From IMG/VR virus record IMGVR_UViG_3300023296_000800: a DNA stretch of 63,448 nucleotides; one strand, 5' to 3'. Under the pieces are notes generated by a model. That model worked only from the letters and a program-made list of their open reading frames with translations, had not been told where the DNA came from and made no database searches. Source of the DNA: a virus. This document shows, piece by piece, positions 25,007 to 33,594 of the stretch; position 1 is the stretch's first letter; each line of letters opens with the position of its first letter. The position numbers and the translations under genes were made by a program.

Positions 25007-25035
25007 ATAGTTCTCTTTTTGCGTGAATATACCAT

Positions 25036-25064
25036 ATTATACTGGATTGTTAACCCAAAGTCAA
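25036..25064 (-). promoter_or_regulatory. Sigma70-type promoter TTGACT-N17-TATAAT
   Basis: Near-consensus; spacer starts TTGGGTTAA. Confidence 0.85.
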
Positions 25065-25165
25065 CACTTTGTTAACTTATTTTTACGTACTAATATCAAT
25101 GATTTGCGATTTAAATTTGGATCGTGTCGAAAATACTAAATATTTATACACACAGGAGAATTATC

Positions 25166-25393
25166 ATGACAAATAAATCAGGTTTCGAGATCAGAGCAGG
25201 CTTGCTGGTTCAAGCACAAAGCCTATTAGAGAATAATATTACTAGAAAAAACTTTGGAATCGAAAGCAAAAATACCAGTACTGGAACCGACGACCCACTT
25301 ATTAGAGAGGAGATTTCAGTAGCTGATGTCATAGCAGCCGCAAAGGCGCTTTACGAGTTTGTAAACGACAAGCAATGTGATACAAAGACATAG
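25166..25393 (+). CDS. Hypothetical phage protein
   Basis: KSGFEIRAxLL...DVIAAAKALYEFV; CTAAATA motif and AGGAG RBS. Confidence 0.75.
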   Translation: MTNKSGFEIRAGLLVQAQSLLENNITRKNFGIESKNTSTGTDDPLIREEISVADVIAAAKALYEFVNDKQCDTKT

Positions 25394-25401
25394 AGAACTT
25401 T

Positions 25402-25419
25402 AAACGGCGCAAGCCGTTT
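25402..25419. terminator. Bidirectional intrinsic terminator
   Basis: AAACGGC-GCAA-GCCGTTT between convergent genes. Confidence 0.7.
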
Positions 25420-26009
25420 TAGTCACGGTTCTGAATTATTTCATCAACTAAGCCATACTCTAAGGCTGTGTTAGCATTCATGAAATTATCACGCTCCATA
25501 TCGGCGGACAATATGGCAAATGTTTTGCCTGCTGAATTGTGATGGACATAGATTTCAGTTAAAAACTGTTTCATCTCTAGGATTTCTTTAACTTGAATTT
25601 CCATATCGGTGGCCTGACCTCTTGCGCCACCCGAAGGCTGATGAATCATGTGCCTAGCATGCGGAAGTATTTTACGTTTGCCTTTAGCACCTGCTTGTGC
25701 TAGTAAACTACCCATTGACGCCGCTTGTCCCATAACAATCGTGTTGATGTCTGGTTTAATAAATTGCATTGTATCATAGATGGCCATACCTGCTGTTACA
25801 CTACCACCAGGGGAGTTAATATACAAAGAAATATCGGCATCGCTGTTTTCACTCTCCAAGAATAGCAACTGGGCTACGATTAAATTAGCCATAGTGTCAT
25901 GCACTTCGCCCTCTAAGAGGATCACACGATCACGCAGTAATCTACTGTAAATGTCGTAACTACGTTCACCACGACTTGTTTGTTCTAAAACTATTGGTAC
26001 CAGTGCCAT
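25419..26009 (-). CDS. clpP: ATP-dependent Clp protease proteolytic subunit
   Basis: [20 protein letters not shown] (Ser), MIHQP (His), ERDNF (Asp). Confidence 0.98.
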   Translation of the reverse strand: MALVPIVLEQTSRGERSYDIYSRLLRDRVILLEGEVHDTMANLIVAQLLFLESENSDADISLYINSPGGSVTAGMAIYDTMQFIKPDINTIVMGQAASMGSLLAQAGAKGKRKILPHARHMIHQPSGGARGQATDMEIQVKEILEMKQFLTEIYVHHNSAGKTFAILSADMERDNFMNANTALEYGLVDEIIQNRD

Positions 26010-26088
26010 AAAATTTCCTCTGTAAATATATTTAGTTGTTGATTCTGTGCAGTATACAGGTTAGGTAAACTACATGCAACACTTTCGG

Positions 26089-26994
26089 TTAAACTACTTT
26101 AATATTACTAACAAATTGTCTTTGTTTAATTCGTTCTGTTATTTCATTTGGTGATAAATGCGATTGTATTTTTGCTAACGGTATGTTGCCTGCCCTATTA
26201 TAGATATGACTATAATTATATCTCGCATCATAAAATTCTTGGTTGCTATCATAATGTTTTTTAAACAGTTTACGATATATATTCCAACTCTCGTGTGATG
26301 TTCCCCAATATCTGATAATAAAATCACTTGCATAGTGTCTGAAGGGTTTCCATGCTTCATCGCCAATGTGGTCATCGTCATCAATTGCCATATCTTGGAG
26401 TGTCTTTCCAATCTCTACATATAATAGATAAATTGTTCCGAACTCATAAAAGTCGGTGAAGTGTGCATAGTCATCATCTTCTAATGTTCTAATATGTGGG
26501 CCACGTGGTTGATCATAATAAGTTACTAGGTGCGATGGCATCATCTTTCTAACTGTGCCTTCAGCCATAGATTCGCATCTATGTACTTCTAAGTTTAATT
26601 GTCCTAATGCACACTTAACTTCTTTGGGTGCTTCTAAGTAGAATTTGTGCGGTTCGTTAAGCATTCCATGATATATTTCAAAAATATGATGCAAGTAATT
26701 AAGATCATCTTGTTTTAGTTCCAGTGTCATTCGGCGCTTGATAAATCCTGATTTATAGTCATTAATCGTATCTACGCATTTATTGATAGCATCAACTGCT
26801 CTATGACGTTCTAAAGTCTCTGTATCGAAGCCGTAGAGTCTCCTAGAGTCATTAATGGTGTATATGTCAACTGATTCTGATAGTAAGGTAGCCCAACGTT
26901 GGGCAATGCTAGTGCTGTTGATGTTGAAATTAAAGGTGAGCGGTTCCAATTGATCAGATGGGTCTGAATAAGTAATGTGTAGTTTTGTATACAT
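26089..26994 (-). CDS. Hypothetical phage protein
   Basis: 301 aa; LNYLHHIFE, LN..VHRCE and YVEIGKTL motifs. Confidence 0.75.
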   Translation of the reverse strand: MYTKLHITYSDPSDQLEPLTFNFNINSTSIAQRWATLLSESVDIYTINDSRRLYGFDTETLERHRAVDAINKCVDTINDYKSGFIKRRMTLELKQDDLNYLHHIFEIYHGMLNEPHKFYLEAPKEVKCALGQLNLEVHRCESMAEGTVRKMMPSHLVTYYDQPRGPHIRTLEDDDYAHFTDFYEFGTIYLLYVEIGKTLQDMAIDDDDHIGDEAWKPFRHYASDFIIRYWGTSHESWNIYRKLFKKHYDSNQEFYDARYNYSHIYNRAGNIPLAKIQSHLSPNEITERIKQRQFVSNIKVV

Positions 26995-27012
26995 GTATGT
27001 ATTTAAGTAATA

Positions 27013-27399
27013 TTATTGTGGCCTAACTAATTCCCATGGTCCGTAAGTTCCATGCTTTTCAACTTTCTCTATCATTTCGTCTCTATTATATTTTTTGTAT
27101 TCAGCTGGATTATCAGGATTAATTTGTCCTGCTTTGTAATAAACTTCTTTCCGCATCACAATGTTATTGCCGTTGCTCTTATCGATAACAACATCGCCCA
27201 CTTCGACCCAAGCATGTACATGACGGATGCCTTCGATAGGTCCTTGACCAGTGACTACTGCGTGTACCATTGACATATCATTCATATGTGCTTTTTCGAA
27301 TGGATTAGAGTCCATTAGTTCTTCTAAGGCAGCTATGAAACAATCACCGCCACCGTTCTCATCTTTCTTACTTTCTATTACAAGTTCAAATGCTCTCAT
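27013..27399 (-). CDS. Hypothetical protein with Cys/His (GDC...HAWVE) transglutaminase-like core, likely virion-packaged
   Basis: GGDCF, HAWVE; MRAFELVIE N-terminus after GATAAATA. Confidence 0.6.
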   Translation of the reverse strand: MRAFELVIESKKDENGGGDCFIAALEELMDSNPFEKAHMNDMSMVHAVVTGQGPIEGIRHVHAWVEVGDVVIDKSNGNNIVMRKEVYYKAGQINPDNPAEYKKYNRDEMIEKVEKHGTYGPWELVRPQ

Positions 27400-27508
27400 G
27401 TCTATATTTATCAAATCACAAGATAAAAGTTATCAATCTACATATAAACACTAAATACATACACTGACTCTTATATGGGTCTTAACATAAAATATAAAGG
27501 AGCTACAA

Positions 27509-27898
27509 ATGAAAAATATACAAAAAGGTTTTACATTAGTTGAATTAGTAATTGCCGTTGCTTTAGTTGGGGTGCTATCTGTTGTAGCAATTCCCAAGAT
27601 AACAGGCGTATCTGATGATGCACGTGTGGCCGCTTTGAAAGGGGTTGCAGGAGCATTATCATCTGCCAGTGTTCGTAACTATGCAATACGTGGTGCAAAC
27701 AATGCTAATGGTTATGAAGTTACTCAGTGTGAAGATGTAGTAGATATACTTGAAGGTGGGGTGTTGCCTCAGGGATTTGAACTTGCAGGAACAGATGGAG
27801 TCGATCCAGTGGCTGCTGAAGCAAAGGTTGAATGTACATTAAGTACTACAACTACCCCAGTACAAACCACAACATATACTGCTTACGGTATCGCCTAG
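27509..27898 (+). CDS. Type IV prepilin, MSHA/PilA-like (pilin 1)
   Basis: MKNIQKG|FTLVELVIAVALVGVLSVVAIP class III signal with E5 and P22; AR.AALKGVAGAL; two C-terminal Cys. Confidence 0.9.
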   Translation: MKNIQKGFTLVELVIAVALVGVLSVVAIPKITGVSDDARVAALKGVAGALSSASVRNYAIRGANNANGYEVTQCEDVVDILEGGVLPQGFELAGTDGVDPVAAEAKVECTLSTTTTPVQTTTYTAYGIA

Positions 27899-27988
27899 AT
27901 TTAATATTCGAATCGGGCTAGAAACACTAAATAGATATGATGATCCTTATTTAAGGATCCAAACATAACTTACATAATGGAGTAACAA

Positions 27989-28387
27989 ATGAAAAATATT
28001 AAACGATCTAAGAAAGGTTTTACATTAATTGAATTAGTAGTATCAGTTGCAGTAGTTGGTGTGTTGGCAGTTGTTGCCGCACCAAAGGTTGCAGGAGTTG
28101 CAGGCGATGCTCGGACTGCGGGAATCGATGGTATGGCTGCTTCATTGGCAACTGCATCAAGCATGAACTACAACGAACGAAAGAAGTTATCAACAAACGG
28201 TAATGCGGTAATTACTTGTACCGATACTCCTGCTTCACTAGCTGGTGGAACTCTGCCAGGCGCTTATGTATTCACATTGGATGACGGAGATGTTGAAATT
28301 CTGCCAGGCGAGACAGGACTTTGTAGAATCAGTACCCTTAGCACACCAGTTGCTACTGCTGAATATTTAGCATACGGCATAGAGTAA
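27989..28387 (+). CDS. Type IV prepilin, MSHA/PilA-like (pilin 2)
   Basis: MKNIKRSKKG|FTLIELVVSVAVVGVLAVVAAP; paralog of pilin 1 with two Cys and AYGI end. Confidence 0.9.
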   Translation: MKNIKRSKKGFTLIELVVSVAVVGVLAVVAAPKVAGVAGDARTAGIDGMAASLATASSMNYNERKKLSTNGNAVITCTDTPASLAGGTLPGAYVFTLDDGDVEILPGETGLCRISTLSTPVATAEYLAYGIE

Positions 28388-28400
28388 CACAAGCAAGAAC

Positions 28401-28430
28401 CTGAGGGCCAGATCGGCCCTCAGTATTTTA
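28401..28430 (+). terminator. Intrinsic terminator after the pilin pair
   Basis: CTGAGGGCC-AGATC-GGCCCTCAG followed by TATTTT. Confidence 0.75.
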
Positions 28431-28450
28431 ACAATACTTAGGAGTTAAAC

Positions 28451-28654
28451 ATGGAATATCTACTAATTGGTTTAGTAGTCGTGGTCACCGTTTTGTTCTT
28501 TATCAAGAGAAACGATGAAAAAACAGCCAGTGAGCTACAACCGAAAGTTAAAGAGAAAGCCGCAAAACCAGTAAAAAAAGCACCCGAGAAGGCGCCGGCA
28601 AAGAAAGCACGTGCTAAAAAAACAACAGCTACGCCGCTGAAAGTTCTTAAGTAA
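28451..28654 (+). CDS. Membrane-anchored Lys/Ala/Pro-rich small protein
   Basis: N-terminal TM, basic H1-like tail; AGGAG RBS. Confidence 0.7.
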   Translation: MEYLLIGLVVVVTVLFFIKRNDEKTASELQPKVKEKAAKPVKKAPEKAPAKKARAKKTTATPLKVLK

Positions 28655-28670
28655 AGAGCAATAATAAACT

Positions 28671-29402
28671 ATGGTTGATATCGGATTTGATGTAATCGGT
28701 GACCTTAATTTAGAACCAAACGATTCGTTTAATTGGGAATCCAAAACTACGAGTTTGTATTGTATTCTAAGTGGGAACATTAGTTCTGATATGAGAACTG
28801 TGATTCAAACCTTAGTCCATCTCAGTCAATTGTACCAGGGTGTATTTTTTACACCTGGTTTATTAGAATATGAAACTAGTAAACTTGATATAAACAGGCG
28901 AACTGCTGAACTCGTGAGTTTGGCCGAGAAAGTCCCCAACATTATTATATTACATCACAATATCATTATTGTTGATGGTGTTGCCATTATTGGTTCAAAC
29001 TGTTGGGAAAATGCTCACGAGCCTGGCATGTCTGTCTCTATCGAAGATTTAAAGTACAACCAATATCGATTAGACGATATGGGTTTCTTACACAAAACTA
29101 TAGAAAAATTACAACGTCACATGGATGTTAAAAAGATTGTCCTTGTTACCAACGGTGTCCCTAATTCCAACTGCTATTTCGGCGAAGTGCCTGATTACGC
29201 AGAGAGTCAAATTCCATTAGATACAGTATTAAATGCCGATACTGAAGGCAAGATAACTCACTGGATATATGGATCGTACAGCAAACCAGTAGAAGCAACT
29301 CTGCTTCTACCTAGAAAAAATGACTTGATTGCGATTAGTAATCCACTCGTAGAAAAGGACATGAAACACTATCATCCAAAACGTCTTACTGTTTCGGTTT
29401 AG
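28671..29402 (+). CDS. Degenerate calcineurin-like phosphoesterase
   Basis: IGDLNL, LSGNI, PGLLE and HWIYG as eroded metallophosphoesterase motifs. Confidence 0.6.
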   Translation: MVDIGFDVIGDLNLEPNDSFNWESKTTSLYCILSGNISSDMRTVIQTLVHLSQLYQGVFFTPGLLEYETSKLDINRRTAELVSLAEKVPNIIILHHNIIIVDGVAIIGSNCWENAHEPGMSVSIEDLKYNQYRLDDMGFLHKTIEKLQRHMDVKKIVLVTNGVPNSNCYFGEVPDYAESQIPLDTVLNADTEGKITHWIYGSYSKPVEATLLLPRKNDLIAISNPLVEKDMKHYHPKRLTVSV

Positions 29403-29713
29403 GCTTCTGCTTCCACTTTAATTTGTAAGGGGAATCCCTTAGATCGTGCATCAAGTGTTACCTCAATACCCTTTTGTTCTGCGATTTCATATGGTAAGAC
29501 TGCTACAATAGCACTGCCCTCTGCATGGATATCACTCGTAATAGTAGATGCGGTATCTGGATTATAACTGAAAAAATCACATAGAGATTCTACCACAAAC
29601 TCCATAGTCGTGACTTCATCATTGATATAAATCACCTTAAATAACGGTGGCTCTTGTAATGCAAAATTGGGTTTGATCTTACCTTCGGTTGTTACATTAA
29701 ATTCTTCTGACAT
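29399..29713 (-). CDS. clpS: ClpAP adaptor ClpS
   Basis: PPLFKVIYINDEVTTMEFVV...IHAEG...EIAEQK...FPL. Confidence 0.93.
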   Translation of the reverse strand: MSEEFNVTTEGKIKPNFALQEPPLFKVIYINDEVTTMEFVVESLCDFFSYNPDTASTITSDIHAEGSAIVAVLPYEIAEQKGIEVTLDARSKGFPLQIKVEAEA

Positions 29714-29816
29714 AATAATTACCCATTGTGATAAAGTTAAAAAGTGTGCGTAGTGGTATCGATCGGCTGTCTATTTCGATTTTTTTCTGTCACTACACAC
29801 ACTATACCCTATAATA

Positions 29817-30323
29817 CTATTTAGCGGAGGAAATGTCAATCTTTCTGGGTTTTAACTCATCCGGAAGTTGACGTTCTAAACTAACTCTTAATATGCCATT
29901 AATCATATCAGCACCAGTCACAATAACGTGATCAGCAAGTGTGAACGCTCTGGCGAACGTTCTATTACTAATACCCCTGTGCAAATACTCTGGCTCGTTT
30001 ATAGAACTGGCTATTTCTGTTACGTCCACCTCAACTTTTCCAGCGCCAGTTAAGGAGTCTCCTTTTGTTGTAGAAATGGTTAATTGGCTTTGATCTACTT
30101 CAATGTCAATTGCATCTTTATCAATACCAGCAAGTGCTAGTTCAATAAAAAAATGATCATCGTCGATTTTAATAACATTGTACGGAGGATAATTATCCTT
30201 GCCCGCTATTGTTGCTAGTCGATTGAGGTCTGCAAGCATAGAATCGAAACCGATTCCGAATTTGTGGATTGAGGGGATGTCTAAATGATTTAGGCGGATG
30301 CCTAGTCTGTTGCTATTGCTCAT
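29817..30323 (-). CDS. ibpA: Small heat shock protein Hsp20 (IbpA-like)
   Basis: IGFD, YPPYNVIK, ELALAG, YLHRGIS.R.F, NGIL, PRKIDI. Confidence 0.93.
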   Translation of the reverse strand: MSNSNRLGIRLNHLDIPSIHKFGIGFDSMLADLNRLATIAGKDNYPPYNVIKIDDDHFFIELALAGIDKDAIDIEVDQSQLTISTTKGDSLTGAGKVEVDVTEIASSINEPEYLHRGISNRTFARAFTLADHVIVTGADMINGILRVSLERQLPDELKPRKIDISSAK

Positions 30324-30426
30324 GGTGTTCTCCTTTAATAAAGCAAGTTTACTATTTGGACCCTTTCGGCATCCATGTGATCAGAAACCTATCTTCTCAC
30401 ATAACTATTTATCATTATACAACGAG

Positions 30427-30714
30427 TTAGTATTTTTTGGTACCACGTGATCCTGGCTGTAGAGACAATCTTTTTTGTTCTCGTTTGATTGCGGCGGCCT
30501 TTTTAAGTTTGCGTTTTGAGGTAGGTTTCTCGAAATACTCTCTTTCTCTAACTTCGATAAGCAACCCTGAATTAGAAACTTTTTTCTTAAATTGACGTAA
30601 TGCTTGTTCCACATTGCCGTTTATTACCGTGACAGCGTTGCCAATTGGTTGTTGGGTGTATGATTTTTTTGATGAATTAAAATTATTTTTGTAGTCAGTA
30701 TTTTTATATGTCAT
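30427..30714 (-). CDS. rpsU: Ribosomal protein bS21 with N-terminal extension
   Basis: VEQALRQFKKKV...GLLIEVREREYFEKPTSKRK. Confidence 0.9.
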   Translation of the reverse strand: MTYKNTDYKNNFNSSKKSYTQQPIGNAVTVINGNVEQALRQFKKKVSNSGLLIEVREREYFEKPTSKRKLKKAAAIKREQKRLSLQPGSRGTKKY

Positions 30715-31907
30715 ATAATTGTTTTTGGGTTTATTATTAAGTCCTTATCTATATTTAGCTCGGTAATACCCTTTCTTTTATATTTACCAACGTTAAACAT
30801 ATGAGGCATTAAAACTCTCTCGATTTCCGATTGTAATCCTCTTGCACCAGTTTTAGTGTTGATGCAATTAACCACCATCTCTTCAATGGCATCCTCGGTA
30901 AAACTTAGTGTAATGCCATCGATACCAAGCAAATAAATATATTGATCGATGAAGTTGTTTTTTACTGAAGTAAGTACTTTTATTAATTCATTCTTGGATA
31001 ACTCTGCAACACTAATTGATGTAGGGAATCTACCGATAAACTCTGGAATCATTCCGTATTTCATCAAGTCTTTGGGTGTCACATCAATGAAGTGTTCAGC
31101 TTGATCTTCTTTGAGTTTTGATACAAAACCAATACTTGTTCCTGTAGTTCTGGATTTGATAACATCTTGTAAACCATCAAAGGCTCCACCTGCAATAAAG
31201 AGTATGTTTGTTGTGTCAATCTCAACGAGGGGTTCCTGCGGATGCTTACGTTTACCATTAGGAGCAACTCGACATATAGTACCCTCTACTATCTTCAATA
31301 GTGCTTGTTGGACGCCCTCCCCGCTAACGTCACGTGTTATAGAGGCGTTCTCACTCTTACGTGCGATTTTGTCTATTTCATCTATGAATATAATACCACG
31401 TTCTGCTTTCTCGACATCATCACCAGCTTTTGATAACAGGACGCCTAACATGCTCTCTACGTCATCTCCTACGTATCCTGCTTCTGTTAAATTAGTGGCA
31501 TCAGCAACGATAAAGGGAACATCTAAGTACCTTGCTACAGTTTGTGCAAGTAATGTTTTACCACACCCAGTTGGACCAAGTAACAGAACATTACCTTTAT
31601 GTATTGTTAGCCCTTTTGGCGGTGGATTAAAAACTCTTTTGTAATGGTTTGATATCGCGACCGCTAGAACTTCTTTAGCAGTAATTTGGCCAACAACATA
31701 CTTGTTTAGGTGTCGCATGATAGATTGTGGATCCATGCTCTTTGGAGGGTCGTTGGCCTTTACAGGTACTTGTTCATCCTCTATTAGTTGCTGACAAAGC
31801 GATACGCATTCTGAACAAATCGCGACATTTTCTCCAACAATTAATTTAGTAACAATTTCCTTAGGATTGCCGCAAAACGAACAGTTTACTTCTGATTTAT
31901 CACTCAC
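30711..31907 (-). CDS. clpX: Clp protease ATP-binding subunit ClpX
   Basis: C4 zinc finger, GPTGCGKT, GYVGDD, DEIDK, RDVSGEGVQQALLK, RKHP, IGF loop, TGARGL. Confidence 0.97.
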   Translation of the reverse strand: MSDKSEVNCSFCGNPKEIVTKLIVGENVAICSECVSLCQQLIEDEQVPVKANDPPKSMDPQSIMRHLNKYVVGQITAKEVLAVAISNHYKRVFNPPPKGLTIHKGNVLLLGPTGCGKTLLAQTVARYLDVPFIVADATNLTEAGYVGDDVESMLGVLLSKAGDDVEKAERGIIFIDEIDKIARKSENASITRDVSGEGVQQALLKIVEGTICRVAPNGKRKHPQEPLVEIDTTNILFIAGGAFDGLQDVIKSRTTGTSIGFVSKLKEDQAEHFIDVTPKDLMKYGMIPEFIGRFPTSISVAELSKNELIKVLTSVKNNFIDQYIYLLGIDGITLSFTEDAIEEMVVNCINTKTGARGLQSEIERVLMPHMFNVGKYKRKGITELNIDKDLIINPKTII

Positions 31908-31932
31908 TAAATACGTTTCCTATTTTTCTTTA

Positions 31933-32859
31933 TTAGCAATCTTGCGATCCCTTAATTGACAATTTTATCTGGGACATCTCTTGAAGTTGCTTTGCAAGGT
32001 CCTGATCGATCTCGTACTTAAAAACATTGTCAACTGTATTATTTATATAAAAACGTATACCTGCATTAATATTGGTATATAACCCTGTATAATATCTTTG
32101 CCTGTGTGATATACCCTGTACACATGTATTTAGTATAGGTACGCCCAGCAATGTAGTTGCTGTCATTTCTACCATACTACCACGCAAGAAAGTTTGATTG
32201 ATCTTTTTGTGAATAATATTGTCACTAAAATACAGAGTAGTATCTTCAAAATCTAAATAAGTAACTGCACCGTGAGCATTGGTTGCAAACAACGTCATAA
32301 GTTCTTTTAACGAATCCAAATATGCTTTATTCCAAGTTGCAGTATAATATACTTTAAGATGGTAGTTTCTATCTGGGTCAGTGATTACTTCATAACTCCG
32401 CATTTTGATATTGATTGCGATAGACGGAAAGTATTTAAATGTATTGTCTATTAGTTTATCACCATCGGCTTGTTGTTTCTGGTAGGACTCTAGTTGTTTA
32501 GAGATATTCTCTCCATCAAACCTCTCTGAGGAGATATAACTACTCAATACAAAGTCTTTTAATAGAGACTTGTCAACCGTAACATCTACCTTCACATATT
32601 GTAAATTACCAATTGGATGATGTTCTAATATGTTATATGCAAGAATATATCCTGCACTATAAGTTAGGATTTGATTCCGCGTGAGTTTGTTGTTGATAAC
32701 ACTCCGTTCAGCGTCTATGATAACACCGACTTCGAAATCGACTGCTTTCTTAAATGCGTTGTTAAGTGCTGTGGTAAAAGAATTACCTTCTCCTGTTACC
32801 GTAGTCGCTAGTGCAGGAGAAGCTATAAAAATAAGAAGTGAGAAAAGAAGATTTCTCAT
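31933..32859 (-). CDS. Exported protein (LPP20/FlgT-N-like N-terminus)
   Basis: Signal peptide ending ALA; VTGEG...ALNNA...AV pattern. Confidence 0.6.
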   Translation of the reverse strand: MRNLLFSLLIFIASPALATTVTGEGNSFTTALNNAFKKAVDFEVGVIIDAERSVINNKLTRNQILTYSAGYILAYNILEHHPIGNLQYVKVDVTVDKSLLKDFVLSSYISSERFDGENISKQLESYQKQQADGDKLIDNTFKYFPSIAINIKMRSYEVITDPDRNYHLKVYYTATWNKAYLDSLKELMTLFATNAHGAVTYLDFEDTTLYFSDNIIHKKINQTFLRGSMVEMTATTLLGVPILNTCVQGISHRQRYYTGLYTNINAGIRFYINNTVDNVFKYEIDQDLAKQLQEMSQIKLSIKGSQDC

Positions 32860-32869
32860 ACGAGAACTC

Positions 32870-33511
32870 CTAGTTTTGATTTAGTGTTTGAACGAGACTT
32901 TGGTTAAACAAACTCCATGTTGCAGTAACTTGAATGAGTTGATCATCTATTTTCTTATTACTAAATTCTATGCCTACTAGTCTACGTTTAGAAAACGCTG
33001 TTGCTGTACTAGTTACCACACGATCCATTTCGTTAGAGTTGACCCGTACTGATGTATCTCTTGAGGCCTCTTCATCGGTGATCTCCACAGATCCTTTCAT
33101 CACATTGTTAATCGAGTCTTCACCCTTTTCAATATTTTTGACAATGGTTTTTACAACCCTATCGGATGTAACATCTACACCATGAAAGTCCGACAGTTTT
33201 GCAAGTGCTCCAAGTTCTCCAACTAAGATAGCGGACTCTGCTAATGCATTTGTGCCACCATTTGAATTAACAGTCACTATAGCTGTAATAGATTTGATTG
33301 AAAATTCCTTACAACCAAGTATGAATTTTCTTTTTGCACATTCAGACTTGACAGTGATACCGTCTTTGTTGAATTTACTTGTTAATTCCTGTACCATGTA
33401 TGGATCAGTTTCTGGTCCTTTTGGTCTATCGACTGAGTTCTTAGAACCCATCATTGAACAACCACTCATTGTTATAATTGCTACCAGTACTAATATAATT
33501 TTATTATTCAT
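32870..33511 (-). CDS. Lipoprotein
   Basis: Lipobox MSGC after hydrophobic signal. Confidence 0.7.
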   Translation of the reverse strand: MNNKIILVLVAIITMSGCSMMGSKNSVDRPKGPETDPYMVQELTSKFNKDGITVKSECAKRKFILGCKEFSIKSITAIVTVNSNGGTNALAESAILVGELGALAKLSDFHGVDVTSDRVVKTIVKNIEKGEDSINNVMKGSVEITDEEASRDTSVRVNSNEMDRVVTSTATAFSKRRLVGIEFSNKKIDDQLIQVTATWSLFNQSLVQTLNQN

Positions 33512-33594
33512 GATTCTCTCCTATTAGGATTATTTAATTAACGTAAAGCGAGTATAACGAATTTATGGGTTAATCTCAAGAGTTTTGGGTAAAA

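Noticed and set aside
25419-31907. Host chromosomal DNA (clp genes, rpsU, pilins)
   Set aside because: Interleaved with phage-type hypotheticals and NTAAATA motifs, and lacks bacterial synteny such as tig-clpP-clpX-lon, clpS-clpA or rpsU-dnaG.
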